DNA from: a virus
Direction: 5' to 3' (one strand)
Virus record (IMG/VR): IMGVR_UViG_3300033405_000004
Span: 64,001-128,000 of that record
DNA: 64,000 bases
A program made the position numbers and the translations under genes. Positions 1 to 9,372 of the stretch are shown piece after piece. Under the pieces are notes generated by a model. The model did no database searches. It worked only from the letters and a program-made list of their open reading frames with translations, and was not told the DNA's origin. Within the stretch, counting starts at the first letter, position 1, and every line of letters starts with the position of its first letter.

Positions 1-136
1 CTACCAGAACGCCCGGGTGATCGCCTGGAACAACGGCTCGACCGCATACGCGATCCCGAACTGCTGGTTCCTGCGGCTCCCGTTCTACAACAACCGCATC
101 CGCATCTCGGCGCTCGACATGATCATGATCAGCTAG
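1..136 (+). CDS. 3' end of a putative virion protein, paralogue of 140..949 (partial)
   Basis: Reads ...IAWNNGSTAYAIPNCWFLRLPFYNNRIRISALDMIMIS*, closely matching the C-terminus of the next ORF. Confidence 0.75.
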   Translation, partial: YQNARVIAWNNGSTAYAIPNCWFLRLPFYNNRIRISALDMIMIS

Positions 137-139
137 CCT

Positions 140-949
140 ATGGCCGAGATCTACAACAACACTGTCGAAAACACCCTCATCCTGGCGCCGAGGGAGTACG
201 TTTCGCGGCCGTTCAGCTTTGGCGCGTCGTGGACGGAGATCCGTATGGGGATGTTCTTTGGTCTGGTTTCCGCAGTTGGCGACAATGTCAACTCCGTTGC
301 GGAGACCGTGGCCATCGCGAGCGCCGCCGACCGGATAACTTTTGGGATAAAGGACTCTAGCGCGGTGGTCCCCGGCGCGGTGGGCTCCCAGTTTCTCGGC
401 GCGATCACGAACTACGCTTCGGGCGCCTACGGCTATCCGCCCACCTCGCAGAACGTCGTCGGGGCTGGTTTGAACTGGGTTGGCACCAATTATGCCGCCA
501 GTGGAAACAACACCCTGTGCGCGGTGGGGGCCAACGGCACGACCCTCGCGACGGCGGCGTCGCAAGCGGCTCCAGGGACGCCGGTGACTTCGGGTTACAG
601 CACCACGATGGATAACATGTGGTACCCCACGACGATCAGTGGCGTGTCGAGCTACTGCGGGTTCTTCGGGCTCCGGTTCGTCATCGCCAACGCCGGGTTG
701 GCCACGCAGACGGTTACCATCTGGTATTCGAGCAATGGTCAGCAGGCTGTTGCTGGAAGCAATTATTCGGTGCCTGCGCTGCAGACTTTGCTCAACAACA
801 CGGCTTGGGGCGGCACTGGTAACACTTGGATCATCCAGTGGAACAACGGCTCGGTCGCCTACTCCATTCCGAGCTATTGGTGGTTGCGGCTCCCACTCTA
901 CAACAACCGCATCAGAATCTCCGCGATGGAGATCATGAAGATCAGCTAG
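140..949 (+). CDS. putative virion/tail-associated beta-rich protein
   Basis: 269 aa, rich in G/S/T/N/A with few charges; tandem paralogue upstream. Confidence 0.7.
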   Translation: MAEIYNNTVENTLILAPREYVSRPFSFGASWTEIRMGMFFGLVSAVGDNVNSVAETVAIASAADRITFGIKDSSAVVPGAVGSQFLGAITNYASGAYGYPPTSQNVVGAGLNWVGTNYAASGNNTLCAVGANGTTLATAASQAAPGTPVTSGYSTTMDNMWYPTTISGVSSYCGFFGLRFVIANAGLATQTVTIWYSSNGQQAVAGSNYSVPALQTLLNNTAWGGTGNTWIIQWNNGSVAYSIPSYWWLRLPLYNNRIRISAMEIMKIS

Positions 950-2013
950 TAGCTGAACGTGACCGGGTGGACGGGCTGGTTCGGCGCCGCGGCGGCGCAC
1001 ACGTATGCGACGGGCAGGGCGAAGTTCAGGGCGACGAACAGCCAGAGCGCCCACGCCGGAAGCCGCGTCCGGCTCGCGCCGAGCACCGCCCACGGCAGCA
1101 GAACGGCGATGGATCGGCTGGAGTCCCACGCGAGGAAGTAGACCACCAGCAGGCAGGCCGCGCCGATCGCCATCGCCCACCGGGCCAACGCGCCGCCGAA
1201 GGCGGGGCGCGAGTCCCAAACTATCCAGAGCGTCGGGGCGATCACCAGCCAGCCCGCGCGCCAGCCGTGCCACCAGCCGACGGGGAGCCAAGCCGCGAAG
1301 TTCGCGAAGCAGCCCCCCTGCATCCTGATCTGCTCACCCACGCCGGGGTCCCCGGTGAAGTGGGCGTAGAGGCGCCCCGCGCAATAGGGCAGCGCGCCGA
1401 GGGCGGGCCACAGGCCGCGCGGCCAGCCGCTGCGCCGGTCGACGCCGCGCAGGGCGGCGCAGAGCGGGAGGGCGAGCAGGAACCGCTCGTCGACCCACGG
1501 CCCGAAGAGGCACGCGGCCAGCGCCACGGTCGGCGACGGCGAGAGGCTGAACGCCAGCAGCGGCAGGAGGTACCACGCGTCCATCGCGAAGACCCACGGC
1601 CCGCTCGTCCACGCCGACGAGGTCACGAAGAGGCCCGCCGCCACGGCGATCCGCGCCGGGTCGCGGCTGTCGCGCCAGGCGTAGTGCATGACCGCGAGCA
1701 GCAGGACGATCGAGCCGAGCCACGGCACCCAGAGGTACTGCTGGTCGGAGAGGCCGAGGTCGTGGCAGACGACGGGCACCAGCATGCGCCAGCGCATCGC
1801 GTGGGCGACGCCGGTCTGCATGCAGAAGGCGTAGGCCCGGTCCCAGTGCACCGGGTCGTGCAGCTGGGCCAGCAGGGGCGGCACGCGGATGCCCTCGTGG
1901 TTGATGTCGATTAGGCCGCAGGGCAGCGACTTCGGCGGGTAGCGGTAGAGTGACAGCAGGGCGAGCGCAACGGAGCCCGCCACGGCCAGGGAGAGGCGCA
2001 TGGGTTTCGTCAT
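946..2013 (-). CDS. multi-pass membrane protein (GT-C glycosyltransferase-like topology)
   Basis: Many hydrophobic segments with motifs such as WVDERF and AWDSSR; start moved to ATG 2013, just downstream of TTTACA-N17-CATAAT. Confidence 0.65.
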   Translation of the reverse strand: MTKPMRLSLAVAGSVALALLSLYRYPPKSLPCGLIDINHEGIRVPPLLAQLHDPVHWDRAYAFCMQTGVAHAMRWRMLVPVVCHDLGLSDQQYLWVPWLGSIVLLLAVMHYAWRDSRDPARIAVAAGLFVTSSAWTSGPWVFAMDAWYLLPLLAFSLSPSPTVALAACLFGPWVDERFLLALPLCAALRGVDRRSGWPRGLWPALGALPYCAGRLYAHFTGDPGVGEQIRMQGGCFANFAAWLPVGWWHGWRAGWLVIAPTLWIVWDSRPAFGGALARWAMAIGAACLLVVYFLAWDSSRSIAVLLPWAVLGASRTRLPAWALWLFVALNFALPVAYVCAAAAPNQPVHPVTFSY

Positions 2014-2020
2014 GGGGCCG

Positions 2021-2049
2021 ATTATGGCCGCCCATGCTGGGGCTGTAAA
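2021..2049 (-). promoter_or_regulatory. sigma70-type promoter TTTACA-N17-CATAAT
   Basis: Near-consensus -35/-10 with a 17-bp spacer in an AT-rich gap, 7 nt before the ATG. Confidence 0.7.
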
Positions 2050-2051
2050 CA

Positions 2052-2070
2052 AAAATGTTTATGACATTTT
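2052..2070. promoter_or_regulatory. 19-bp palindromic operator copy (AAAATGTTTATGACATTTT)
   Basis: Related copies at 15709, 15757, 17784 and 46405. Confidence 0.65.
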
Positions 2071-2119
2071 GTGGGCAGTGGCGGGCAACAATGCCATTCT
2101 TATCCCATGTAGTTAGGCC

Positions 2120-2497
2120 ATGAGGTTCGACGAGCACGACGAGACGATGCCCGCCGCCCAGGAGCTGGCCCGCAAGGCCCGCGAGCAGGGCTGGGAGGTC
2201 GAGCTGCACCACGACACCATCGACCTGCAGCGAGGCGGCGACTGGATCGACGTGGTCTACGACGACGGCCGCCCGGTCGAGGTCCGGGTGCTCGCCGGCT
2301 CCGTTGGCTTCGAGGGCCTGCTCGCCGTCGTCGAGCGGTCGGTGGACGAGTTCCTGGCGGCCATCGGCGGCGAACGCGCCGAGCTCAGGACGGCCATCGC
2401 GCCGGGCGTCCACGAGGCCATGCGCTGGCTGGCTGACCTGCCCCCGGTCCCGGAGGCCGACGGGATCAAGCCCATCCTCAGGCGGTTGCTCGGCTAG
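2120..2497 (+). CDS. hypothetical protein (late-motif gene)
   Basis: ORF preceded by TAGTTAG-N3-ATG. Confidence 0.7.
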   Translation: MRFDEHDETMPAAQELARKAREQGWEVELHHDTIDLQRGGDWIDVVYDDGRPVEVRVLAGSVGFEGLLAVVERSVDEFLAAIGGERAELRTAIAPGVHEAMRWLADLPPVPEADGIKPILRRLLG

Positions 2498-2907
2498 AAC
2501 GGGTCGCCGTCCTCCGGGTTCGGCTCGATCTGCGGCGCGGTGGCCGGCCACCGCTTGCTGTTCGTGTCCTCCGCCGCCCGGCGGGAGTTCTCGGCCACGG
2601 TGAGCAGCCGGATGTTGTCGATGGAGTAGCCGAGCCAGGACTTCACCCGGTCGATGGAGAGGCAGCGGCTGTTCCTGCCGCGGGCCGTGAGGTAGTCGGG
2701 GTGGCTCGCGCAGAAGGCTTTGAACTCCTCCAGGGTGATGGAGAATGGGATGCCCCGCCTCTTCGCGTTGGACCGGAGCTTGTTCAGCGTGTAGCTGGCC
2801 GGCTGGTTGGCCGCCCAGCGGCGGGTCGCGCAGCGGCAGCAGTAGGTGTTCCGCTTCTTCCGGGGCCGGCCGCAGCCGGGCGTCTTGCAGCGTCCAGTTT
2901 TGGGCAC
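2494..2907 (-). CDS. HNH-like endonuclease/zinc-finger protein
   Basis: N-terminal Cys cluster; AKRRGIPF...SIDR...GY...NI...EN pattern typical of phage HNH-like proteins. Confidence 0.65.
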   Translation of the reverse strand: MPKTGRCKTPGCGRPRKKRNTYCCRCATRRWAANQPASYTLNKLRSNAKRRGIPFSITLEEFKAFCASHPDYLTARGRNSRCLSIDRVKSWLGYSIDNIRLLTVAENSRRAAEDTNSKRWPATAPQIEPNPEDGDPF

Positions 2908-2972
2908 GGAGGCGAAGAACGGATCGCTAGATGTTTACGCCGTCGGTTACAATCCGGTTCTATACTTACGGC

Positions 2973-3371
2973 ATGGCGCTGACACAGGCTGAGAAGGACG
3001 AAATCCAGAGGATGCTCGACGGCTTGCCCTGCAACGAGCACGGGCGCCTGAGCGAGGAGATGAGGTCCGAGCTGATCGGCTATCGGGAGACCATGCAGAC
3101 CCTCGCCAAGGCCATGGAGCGCCTCAGTCTCGTGGTGGTCGGCGACGACGAGCTCAAGATCGTCGGCCTGGGCCAGCGGGTGCAGCAGGTCGAGGGGGCG
3201 CAGAATAAGCTTCGGGAGGACGTGGAGAGGCGGTGGCAGCGGGACGACATCCAGCGCACCAAGATCGTCTTCTTCGTGATCGGGGCGGCTGCCGTGATGA
3301 ACGCCGCCTTCCGCCTCGTGGCATGGGTCGCCGGCCTTCTCGGCCTGGGCGGCATCCCCGGCCTTCATTAG
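2973..3371 (+). CDS. coiled-coil protein with C-terminal transmembrane segment
   Basis: Start set by TACTTAC-N3-ATG; hydrophobic C-terminus. Confidence 0.6.
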   Translation: MALTQAEKDEIQRMLDGLPCNEHGRLSEEMRSELIGYRETMQTLAKAMERLSLVVVGDDELKIVGLGQRVQQVEGAQNKLREDVERRWQRDDIQRTKIVFFVIGAAAVMNAAFRLVAWVAGLLGLGGIPGLH

Positions 3372-3387
3372 TCCGTACTTAGGCATC

Positions 3388-4035
3388 ATGGACTCGCCGA
3401 CTGCAAGCACTTCTTTGAAGCCCCTGAGCAGCTACTTTGGCCGCGACTCGGCCTATTGGGGCGAGAAGGGCGACTGGCTTGTCGTCCTCGCCCACACCCG
3501 CGACTCCGATCTCATGGCGGAGTCCAACTGGCGCACCGTGCTCGCCTACCTTGGCGGCGAGCGGGGCGACGTCGCCATCGAGCGCGCCAGCCATTGGGGG
3601 CCGGGCTGGGTCGAGTACATGCTCGTCAACCCGTTCAACGTCGAGCTGGTCGAAAAGGCTGAGGCCGTCAGGGCGCAGCTCGACGACTACCCGGTTTTCG
3701 ACGAGGAGGACTGGAGCCGCTCGGAGATGGAGGAGTACGACCGCCAGTGGGAGGACTGGGGGGCCGGCGACTTCGTCAGGGAGCTTGAAAAGAAGCTCGA
3801 CCTCACCGACGAGGAGCGGGAGCGCTTGGAGGGCATGGACAAGGAGGAGCTCCGCGAGTTCTTCGAGTCGCTCATAGGTTCGGGCGAGTACTACGTCGAA
3901 GATGGCGATCCGAACATCAGATCTGCCATGAACAGCGCCAACGAGGCCGCCCTCCGGGGCTGGTGGACCCGGCGGGATGAGCAGGCTTCCGATGTGGTGA
4001 CCGGCCAGAAGTTCCTGGACTTGGGGGAGAGGTGA
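3388..4035 (+). CDS. acidic phage hypothetical protein
   Basis: RDSD..ESNW, HW.PGWVE and DYPV.DEE motifs; TACTTAG upstream. Confidence 0.75.
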   Translation: MDSPTASTSLKPLSSYFGRDSAYWGEKGDWLVVLAHTRDSDLMAESNWRTVLAYLGGERGDVAIERASHWGPGWVEYMLVNPFNVELVEKAEAVRAQLDDYPVFDEEDWSRSEMEEYDRQWEDWGAGDFVRELEKKLDLTDEERERLEGMDKEELREFFESLIGSGEYYVEDGDPNIRSAMNSANEAALRGWWTRRDEQASDVVTGQKFLDLGER

Positions 4036-4036
4036 C

Positions 4037-4489
4037 ATGCCCAGCGTGCTCCACGTCGAGGACGACCGCGGATTCAACGCAGCCCTGGCGGCCACGCTCG
4101 GCCCCGGCTTCGACCTGGCCCTGGCGACGACGCTGCAGGAGGCCATCGTGGCCGCGTGCACGCGGCAGTTCGACGGCTGCCTGCTCGACCTCAACCTGCC
4201 CGACTCCGAGGGGTTCGCGACCTTCCAGAAGTTCCGCTGCTGCGCGGACGTGCCCGTCATCGTGGTTACCGCCATCGACGACGACCAGCTGGCCCTCAAG
4301 GTGCTCCGCTCCGGGGCGAAAGACTTCTTCGGCAAGGACAAGATTTTCGACGCCGAGGGCCGCGCCCGGCTGGCCCGGTCCATCCGGTGGCACTTCGGCG
4401 ACGGGGCCAACGTCAAGTGCTCGGACATCCTGGCCCTCAGCCGCCGGATTCACGAGCGCGTGCTGGAGCGCTGTGCGATCAGTATTTAG
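4037..4489 (+). CDS. single-domain response regulator receiver (CheY-like)
   Basis: VLHVEDD, LLDLNLPD (phosphoacceptor Asp), PVIVVT and conserved Lys. Confidence 0.9.
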   Translation: MPSVLHVEDDRGFNAALAATLGPGFDLALATTLQEAIVAACTRQFDGCLLDLNLPDSEGFATFQKFRCCADVPVIVVTAIDDDQLALKVLRSGAKDFFGKDKIFDAEGRARLARSIRWHFGDGANVKCSDILALSRRIHERVLERCAISI

Positions 4490-4492
4490 ACC

Positions 4493-4771
4493 ATGAGCCT
4501 CATCGACGAAAAGAAGCTTACCTACAAAGCCAAGAAGAAGCTGCCGCGGGCGAGCTTCGCCATCCCCGGCAAACAGGACGGGGTCAAGGGCAAGTACCCG
4601 ATCCACGACGCGCCCCACGCCCGCAACGCCCTGGCGCGGGTGTCCGCCCACGGCTCCCCCGAGGAGAAGAAGAAGGTGCGCGCTGCCGTGCACCGCCGGT
4701 TCCCGGGCATCGGCAAGGACAGGAAGACCGAGTCGCTCGCGTGCACCCTGGTGGACCGCCTCCTGGAGTGA
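4493..4771 (+). CDS. small basic protein (DUF6582-like)
   Basis: KKLP..SFAIP...KYPIHD..HARNALAR motif; TATTTAG-N3-ATG upstream. Confidence 0.7.
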   Translation: MSLIDEKKLTYKAKKKLPRASFAIPGKQDGVKGKYPIHDAPHARNALARVSAHGSPEEKKKVRAAVHRRFPGIGKDRKTESLACTLVDRLLE

Positions 4772-4774
4772 GCC

Positions 4775-5083
4775 ATGCGCGCCCGCCAGATACTTGAGTC
4801 GCTCCTCTTCCTGGAGGCGGGCGAGGGCCTCCGGCTCAGGCGCCACGGCTTCCGGCCGCTGACCGACGCCGACCGCCGCTACCTGCCCGCCGGTGTCGCC
4901 GCCGGCGACGTCGTGATCAAGGTCACGGACGATGGGGCGATTGTTTACGATTTCACAAGGCGGTACGTCGTCGAGTACGACAGGAATGGCAGGTCGCTTG
5001 ACGCGAGGCACATCTCCATCGACGACTTCGTCAACGAACTCGACCGCGAGGCCCGCCAGGCTAGGGTGGGCGCGGTCCGCTGA
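4775..5083 (+). CDS. hypothetical protein with N-terminal ARQILESL tag
   Basis: Operon-like spacing; N-terminus shared with ORFs at 13731 and 57687. Confidence 0.7.
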   Translation: MRARQILESLLFLEAGEGLRLRRHGFRPLTDADRRYLPAGVAAGDVVIKVTDDGAIVYDFTRRYVVEYDRNGRSLDARHISIDDFVNELDREARQARVGAVR

Positions 5084-5093
5084 GTCCCCGCCC

Positions 5094-7115
5094 ATGCCGT
5101 CCAGAATCGTCCAGAGGCTCATGGAAGGCTCGTGCGGCTGCCTGCTGTGCAGGCTCCCCGCCGTGGCCGACTGCGCCAGGATCACCGCTTGGGCGCATGA
5201 GAACGTCGGCGAGCTGGACCTCGCCGGGGACGGCTATGAGAACGACGCCCACGTGACCGTGCTCTACGGCTTCACGCCCGACGTCCGGCCCGAGGAGGTC
5301 AACGAGGTCGTCCTGCGCCACGCCCCGGAGGGCGTCGACTTGCGCCTGGGCGCCGTGGGCTTCTTCACGAACGACCCGGACTACGATGTGCTCAAGGTTT
5401 CCGTGGAGAGCGGCGGGCTCCAGGCCCTCCACTATTCGCTTTGCGCCGCCTTCAGCGGGCGCGTCCAGAGCGACTACCCCGATTACCACCCCCATCTGAC
5501 CCTTGCCTACGTGAAAAAGGGCTGCTGCAGGCATCTGGAGGGCAATGCGAGCCTGTCTGGCTGGGCGTTCAGGTGCTCCGAGTTCACTTTTTCGACCCCC
5601 GGCATGGCCCTGAACTACAAGCTGCCCATGGCCCCCGCCGAGCCGCCTCCCGTTTCGGTTCCGTCGGCCGCCCCGGAGCAGCCGCCTCCCCCGCCGGTGC
5701 CCCCGCCCGCGCAGCCCGCAGTGTCCGCCGAGCCGGCGGCCGCCCCCGTCGCGCCCGTGGTGGCCGCGATGGCCGAGTCGCGCGACGACGACCCGGCGGC
5801 CTGGCGCCTGTCCGAGTTCGACTACAACGTCGATCTGGCGCGCTATCGGGACAAGCCCGCCCCGGCCAAGGGGAGCAGGGGCGAGCCGAGCAAGGAGGGG
5901 CTGGCGTGGCTGCGCGCGGAGCAGGAGAAGGCATCCGCCGCGCAGGAGAAGGCCAGGAAGGAGAGGGAGGAGAGGGAAAAGAGGGAGAAGGAGGCCGCCG
6001 TGGCCGAGGGCATGCGCCCGCTCTACTCCATTAACCGGGCGGTCATCGCAGTCGTCCGGGCGCTGGCCGGCAAGGGGGACTACTCCCCGACCACGATCCG
6101 GTGCTACATTAACGATTTGCTGGACGCCAAGGAGAGGGAGGGCTTCAACGTCGACTTCGGCTACGACCAGCGCAAGGCCGTCGCCCGGGCCCGCCTGCTC
6201 CTGCAGGCGCACCGGATCGCCTCCGGCCCGGCGAACGAGAGCCGCCGGGTCATCGACGAGATTATGGAGCAGCCGGAGGCCCCCGGCCAGGCTGGCAAGC
6301 TGAAGGTCTTCGTGGCCACCAAGCGCGGCCAGGGCCAGCGCAAGTCCGACTTCTTCTGGTGCAAGGAGGGCGAGCTGCTCATCTTCGGCACCGAGTGTGA
6401 CACCGACGCCAACGACCCCAACCCCGACGGCGGCTGCGGCTGCGGGCGGTCGCTGGTCGGGATCGAGACCCTCAAGGGCACCACCACCTTCACCGTCGAG
6501 GAGCGCGACATGACCCCCGAGCAGTTCGAGGAGGCCTACGTCGAGGGCCAGAGGGCCGGCGGTTGGCCGGTCCACGACAAGCAGTACGCCGCGGCGGTTC
6601 GCTCCGACGCGAAGGAGGTCCTGCGCGTGGCCAAGACGTTCCCCGTCGGCGTCGTCCTGGAGAAGCGCAAGGACGTCATCCAGGTTCGCCGCGAACCGGC
6701 CCGGAAGGCCCGCGGGGCCGTCGAGGGGCTGCTCGGAGAGACCTGGGGCGTCCCGGACGAGGCCGAGGTTGAACCCGACGCGGACCCGGCGCAGGAGCAG
6801 CAGGTCGAGGACTACGAGGAGATGCGGCGCGACTTGGAGAGCGGCGACTGCTACGCCATCACCGACAGGGTGCGCGGGGGATACGACTTGGCGGGCCCAA
6901 CGCACCGGAGCGCCGAGTGGGGCCGGTACGCGGCCCCGGGCCGGCGCGTCGCCCACTTCGACGACTTCGACGATGCGGTGCGCGCGATGGTGCACCTGGC
7001 CAACACCAGCCAGTATTGGCCGAACGCCTACAGCATCAACGACCACGGCAACGTCACCCAGCTCGTCGTGAACTGGGACGAGGGCACCTACGAGTTCGGC
7101 CACGCCTGGGTCTGA
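5094..7115 (+). CDS. multidomain (polyvalent) protein with N-terminal 2H phosphoesterase (T4 gp57B/Acb1-like) and a Cys-rich domain
   Basis: HVTVLYG and HPHLTLAY 2H motifs, Pro-rich linker, C-D..DGGCGCGRS domain; start moved to ATG 5094. Confidence 0.8.
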   Translation: MPSRIVQRLMEGSCGCLLCRLPAVADCARITAWAHENVGELDLAGDGYENDAHVTVLYGFTPDVRPEEVNEVVLRHAPEGVDLRLGAVGFFTNDPDYDVLKVSVESGGLQALHYSLCAAFSGRVQSDYPDYHPHLTLAYVKKGCCRHLEGNASLSGWAFRCSEFTFSTPGMALNYKLPMAPAEPPPVSVPSAAPEQPPPPPVPPPAQPAVSAEPAAAPVAPVVAAMAESRDDDPAAWRLSEFDYNVDLARYRDKPAPAKGSRGEPSKEGLAWLRAEQEKASAAQEKARKEREEREKREKEAAVAEGMRPLYSINRAVIAVVRALAGKGDYSPTTIRCYINDLLDAKEREGFNVDFGYDQRKAVARARLLLQAHRIASGPANESRRVIDEIMEQPEAPGQAGKLKVFVATKRGQGQRKSDFFWCKEGELLIFGTECDTDANDPNPDGGCGCGRSLVGIETLKGTTTFTVEERDMTPEQFEEAYVEGQRAGGWPVHDKQYAAAVRSDAKEVLRVAKTFPVGVVLEKRKDVIQVRREPARKARGAVEGLLGETWGVPDEAEVEPDADPAQEQQVEDYEEMRRDLESGDCYAITDRVRGGYDLAGPTHRSAEWGRYAAPGRRVAHFDDFDDAVRAMVHLANTSQYWPNAYSINDHGNVTQLVVNWDEGTYEFGHAWV

Positions 7116-7242
7116 AAACTTTTTCCGGGTTCCTGCCCGGGATTCTGTTCTTTGTTGGTAGCGCCCGACGCTTCTCACACCGCCGGCTGGCGGTGGGCGA
7201 TCGGTCGCGAGCTAGCGACTGCCGGCCTGGCAGTCAGGAAAG

Positions 7243-8139
7243 GTGACAATGACATACGAGACGAAAATGGCGCGGGTTCGCGCCTTGATCGAGGCGTTTA
7301 ACGCCTCTGCGGCCACGAAGATCGAAATCGAGGCCTTTGAACTGAAACTGAAGGGGCTCGGCGTGTACTCCGAGGGGACGCTGGACCTCGTGAGGCCGGA
7401 GGACCTGGAGGACGCCGGCCTGCCCACGATCCTGGCCCGCCAGGTGTGCCTGGAGCTGAAGGGCAAGAAGGACGACGACTACGTCTCCCAGAAGAAGGTC
7501 GACCGGATGAACTACCAGGAGCTCCTGGAGCGGTACGACCCGCGCGAGGACAACCTGGTGGCCCGGAAGCTCAAGGAGCTGTCCGGCGGCAAGCGGTTCA
7601 TCGTGTTCCTCGCCGGCGACAAGGTGGACGTCGAGGCCAGCGTGAGGCTCCTCACCGAGCTCAAGCGCGGCCTGGGCGAGGCCCAGATCACGAACAACTC
7701 CAAGGGCGTGCCCGTGAAGCCCTACAAGGTCGGCGAGGTGCCCAACGACGAGGTGGACGAGAACCCGCTCTACCCCGGGCGCGTGCTGCGCACCGACGAG
7801 ACGTGCGACCAGACGCTGCGCTCCTGGAAGGGCGTGCCGCTGGAGCTGCGCCAGCTGCTCTACATCGCGGTGTCCGAGACCAAGGAGGCCAAGGTCGCCA
7901 GCATCGGCGAGGCCCACGACCTGCTCGACCGGGTGCTCGCGGCCGTGGCCGAGTGGAACCAGCCCCCGGCCGGCGCCGTGACCGCCATGTCCCCCATGGG
8001 CAGGCTCGGCCAGCGGTACCCGCGGGCCGTCATCCGCTTCGAGGAGCTCAAGGAGAAGGGCCAGCTCCCCCGCCTCAAGATCAAGTCGTCCCGCGCCGCC
8101 CCCGCGGCCGGGCACCCGTTCTTCCAGCCGGAGGAGTGA
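7243..8139 (+). CDS. hypothetical protein
   Basis: 298 aa with strong GC3 codon bias; AGGAAAGG RBS. Confidence 0.8.
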   Translation: MTMTYETKMARVRALIEAFNASAATKIEIEAFELKLKGLGVYSEGTLDLVRPEDLEDAGLPTILARQVCLELKGKKDDDYVSQKKVDRMNYQELLERYDPREDNLVARKLKELSGGKRFIVFLAGDKVDVEASVRLLTELKRGLGEAQITNNSKGVPVKPYKVGEVPNDEVDENPLYPGRVLRTDETCDQTLRSWKGVPLELRQLLYIAVSETKEAKVASIGEAHDLLDRVLAAVAEWNQPPAGAVTAMSPMGRLGQRYPRAVIRFEELKEKGQLPRLKIKSSRAAPAAGHPFFQPEE

Positions 8140-8142
8140 GCC

Positions 8143-9372
8143 ATGGCCAAGTCCCACCTGTTCCTGTCGGTCCCGGGCGACCCCCGCCTGGGGCTCACCG
8201 TCAACCTCCCCGCCGCCCTCGCGGGCGGCGGGTTGTTCGGCCTGCCCCCGTACGCGCGGGTGCACGGCCACCGGGTCGACAACTACCCGGCCTGCCCGGA
8301 GGACTGGCCCCGCTCCACCGCCTCCATGGCCAGCTACTTCATCCCCATCCGGGAGGGCTGCGGCATGTGGCTGGACTTCAACAAATGCGCCGCCCACCCG
8401 CACCACGTCGCCATCGTCGTCTCCATCCAGGGCGTCAACCCGCTCACCGGCCGCAAGGCCGACAAGCTGGAGATGGAGCGGTACCCCGATGACCCGAACG
8501 TCGAGGCGTGGCTCCGCGGGCGCCAGAACTACCTGTCGTCCGTGGCCACCCCGGAGGGCCTGATGTGGATCGACGGGTTCCGCGCCAAGGACGGCACCGT
8601 CCGGCAGTACGTCTTCGCCAAGGACGAGAGCCGCGGCGTGGCCGCCCAGATCATCGGCGTGGACCGGGTCTTCGCCATCGGCGTGGCCTTCTTCCTGAGC
8701 AAGGAGCCCAAGCCCCCGCCCCCGAAGGTCGAGGAGCGCACCACCTACGGCGGAATGGCCGTCCAGGACTATGGCGGGGCCCTCCAGGACTTCGACGGGG
8801 TGAAGGGCCTCCTGGGGCCGTTGGGCCCCAAGGGCACCCCGGGCGACTGGTCCGGCGGCACTGTTACCATCCCCAACAGCTCGATCACCTGGACCACCCA
8901 CATGGGCGTGAACACGGCCCAGTACACGTTGACGAGTGGCATGACGAAGCTCGGCAACATCACCAACCACGCGGGGTCGACCAAGGCGGCCGCCTACTGC
9001 GCCAACAGCATCCCCAAGGTGGACGGCGAGCAGGCGTTCATGTTCCTCGCCCCCGAGGCCGCCATGCAGATCAGCCGGTGCCTCGGCCAGGACGCGGCGG
9101 CGCCCGACGGGAACCTCGTCAGGAAGGGGCTAATCTCCGGCCAGACGGCTGGGGAGGTCTGGGCCGAGACCGACCGCATCGAGATCGCCGCCGGGGCCGA
9201 GATCCAGCAGGAGCTCTACCGCGACACCGTCGGGGCCGAGTTCTGGCAGGCCGCGTGCGCCGGCATCGTCGCCGTCAGCTACGCGCCCGTCGCACTCGTG
9301 AGGAAGATCCTCGCGGCCGGCGAGGCCGAGGAGAAGGAGGGCTTCCTGGAGGGCCTCAAGGTGGGGAACTGA
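8143..9372 (+). CDS. conserved hypothetical protein
   Basis: 409 aa; LPP..MWLDF..GVN.LTG..QNY..WIDG..G.VRQ motifs recall an uncharacterised bacterial/fungal family. Confidence 0.75.
   Translation: MAKSHLFLSVPGDPRLGLTVNLPAALAGGGLFGLPPYARVHGHRVDNYPACPEDWPRSTASMASYFIPIREGCGMWLDFNKCAAHPHHVAIVVSIQGVNPLTGRKADKLEMERYPDDPNVEAWLRGRQNYLSSVATPEGLMWIDGFRAKDGTVRQYVFAKDESRGVAAQIIGVDRVFAIGVAFFLSKEPKPPPPKVEERTTYGGMAVQDYGGALQDFDGVKGLLGPLGPKGTPGDWSGGTVTIPNSSITWTTHMGVNTAQYTLTSGMTKLGNITNHAGSTKAAAYCANSIPKVDGEQAFMFLAPEAAMQISRCLGQDAAAPDGNLVRKGLISGQTAGEVWAETDRIEIAAGAEIQQELYRDTVGAEFWQAACAGIVAVSYAPVALVRKILAAGEAEEKEGFLEGLKVGN

Noticed and set aside
1-949. Similar 3' ends as a possible DGR template/variable repeat pair
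   Set aside because: Differences are not adenine-specific, and no reverse transcriptase is present in the window.
4005-4035. C-terminal QKFLDL of 3388..4035 as a fifth RKFDL motif
   Set aside because: Spacing differs and the gene is in a different regulatory class.
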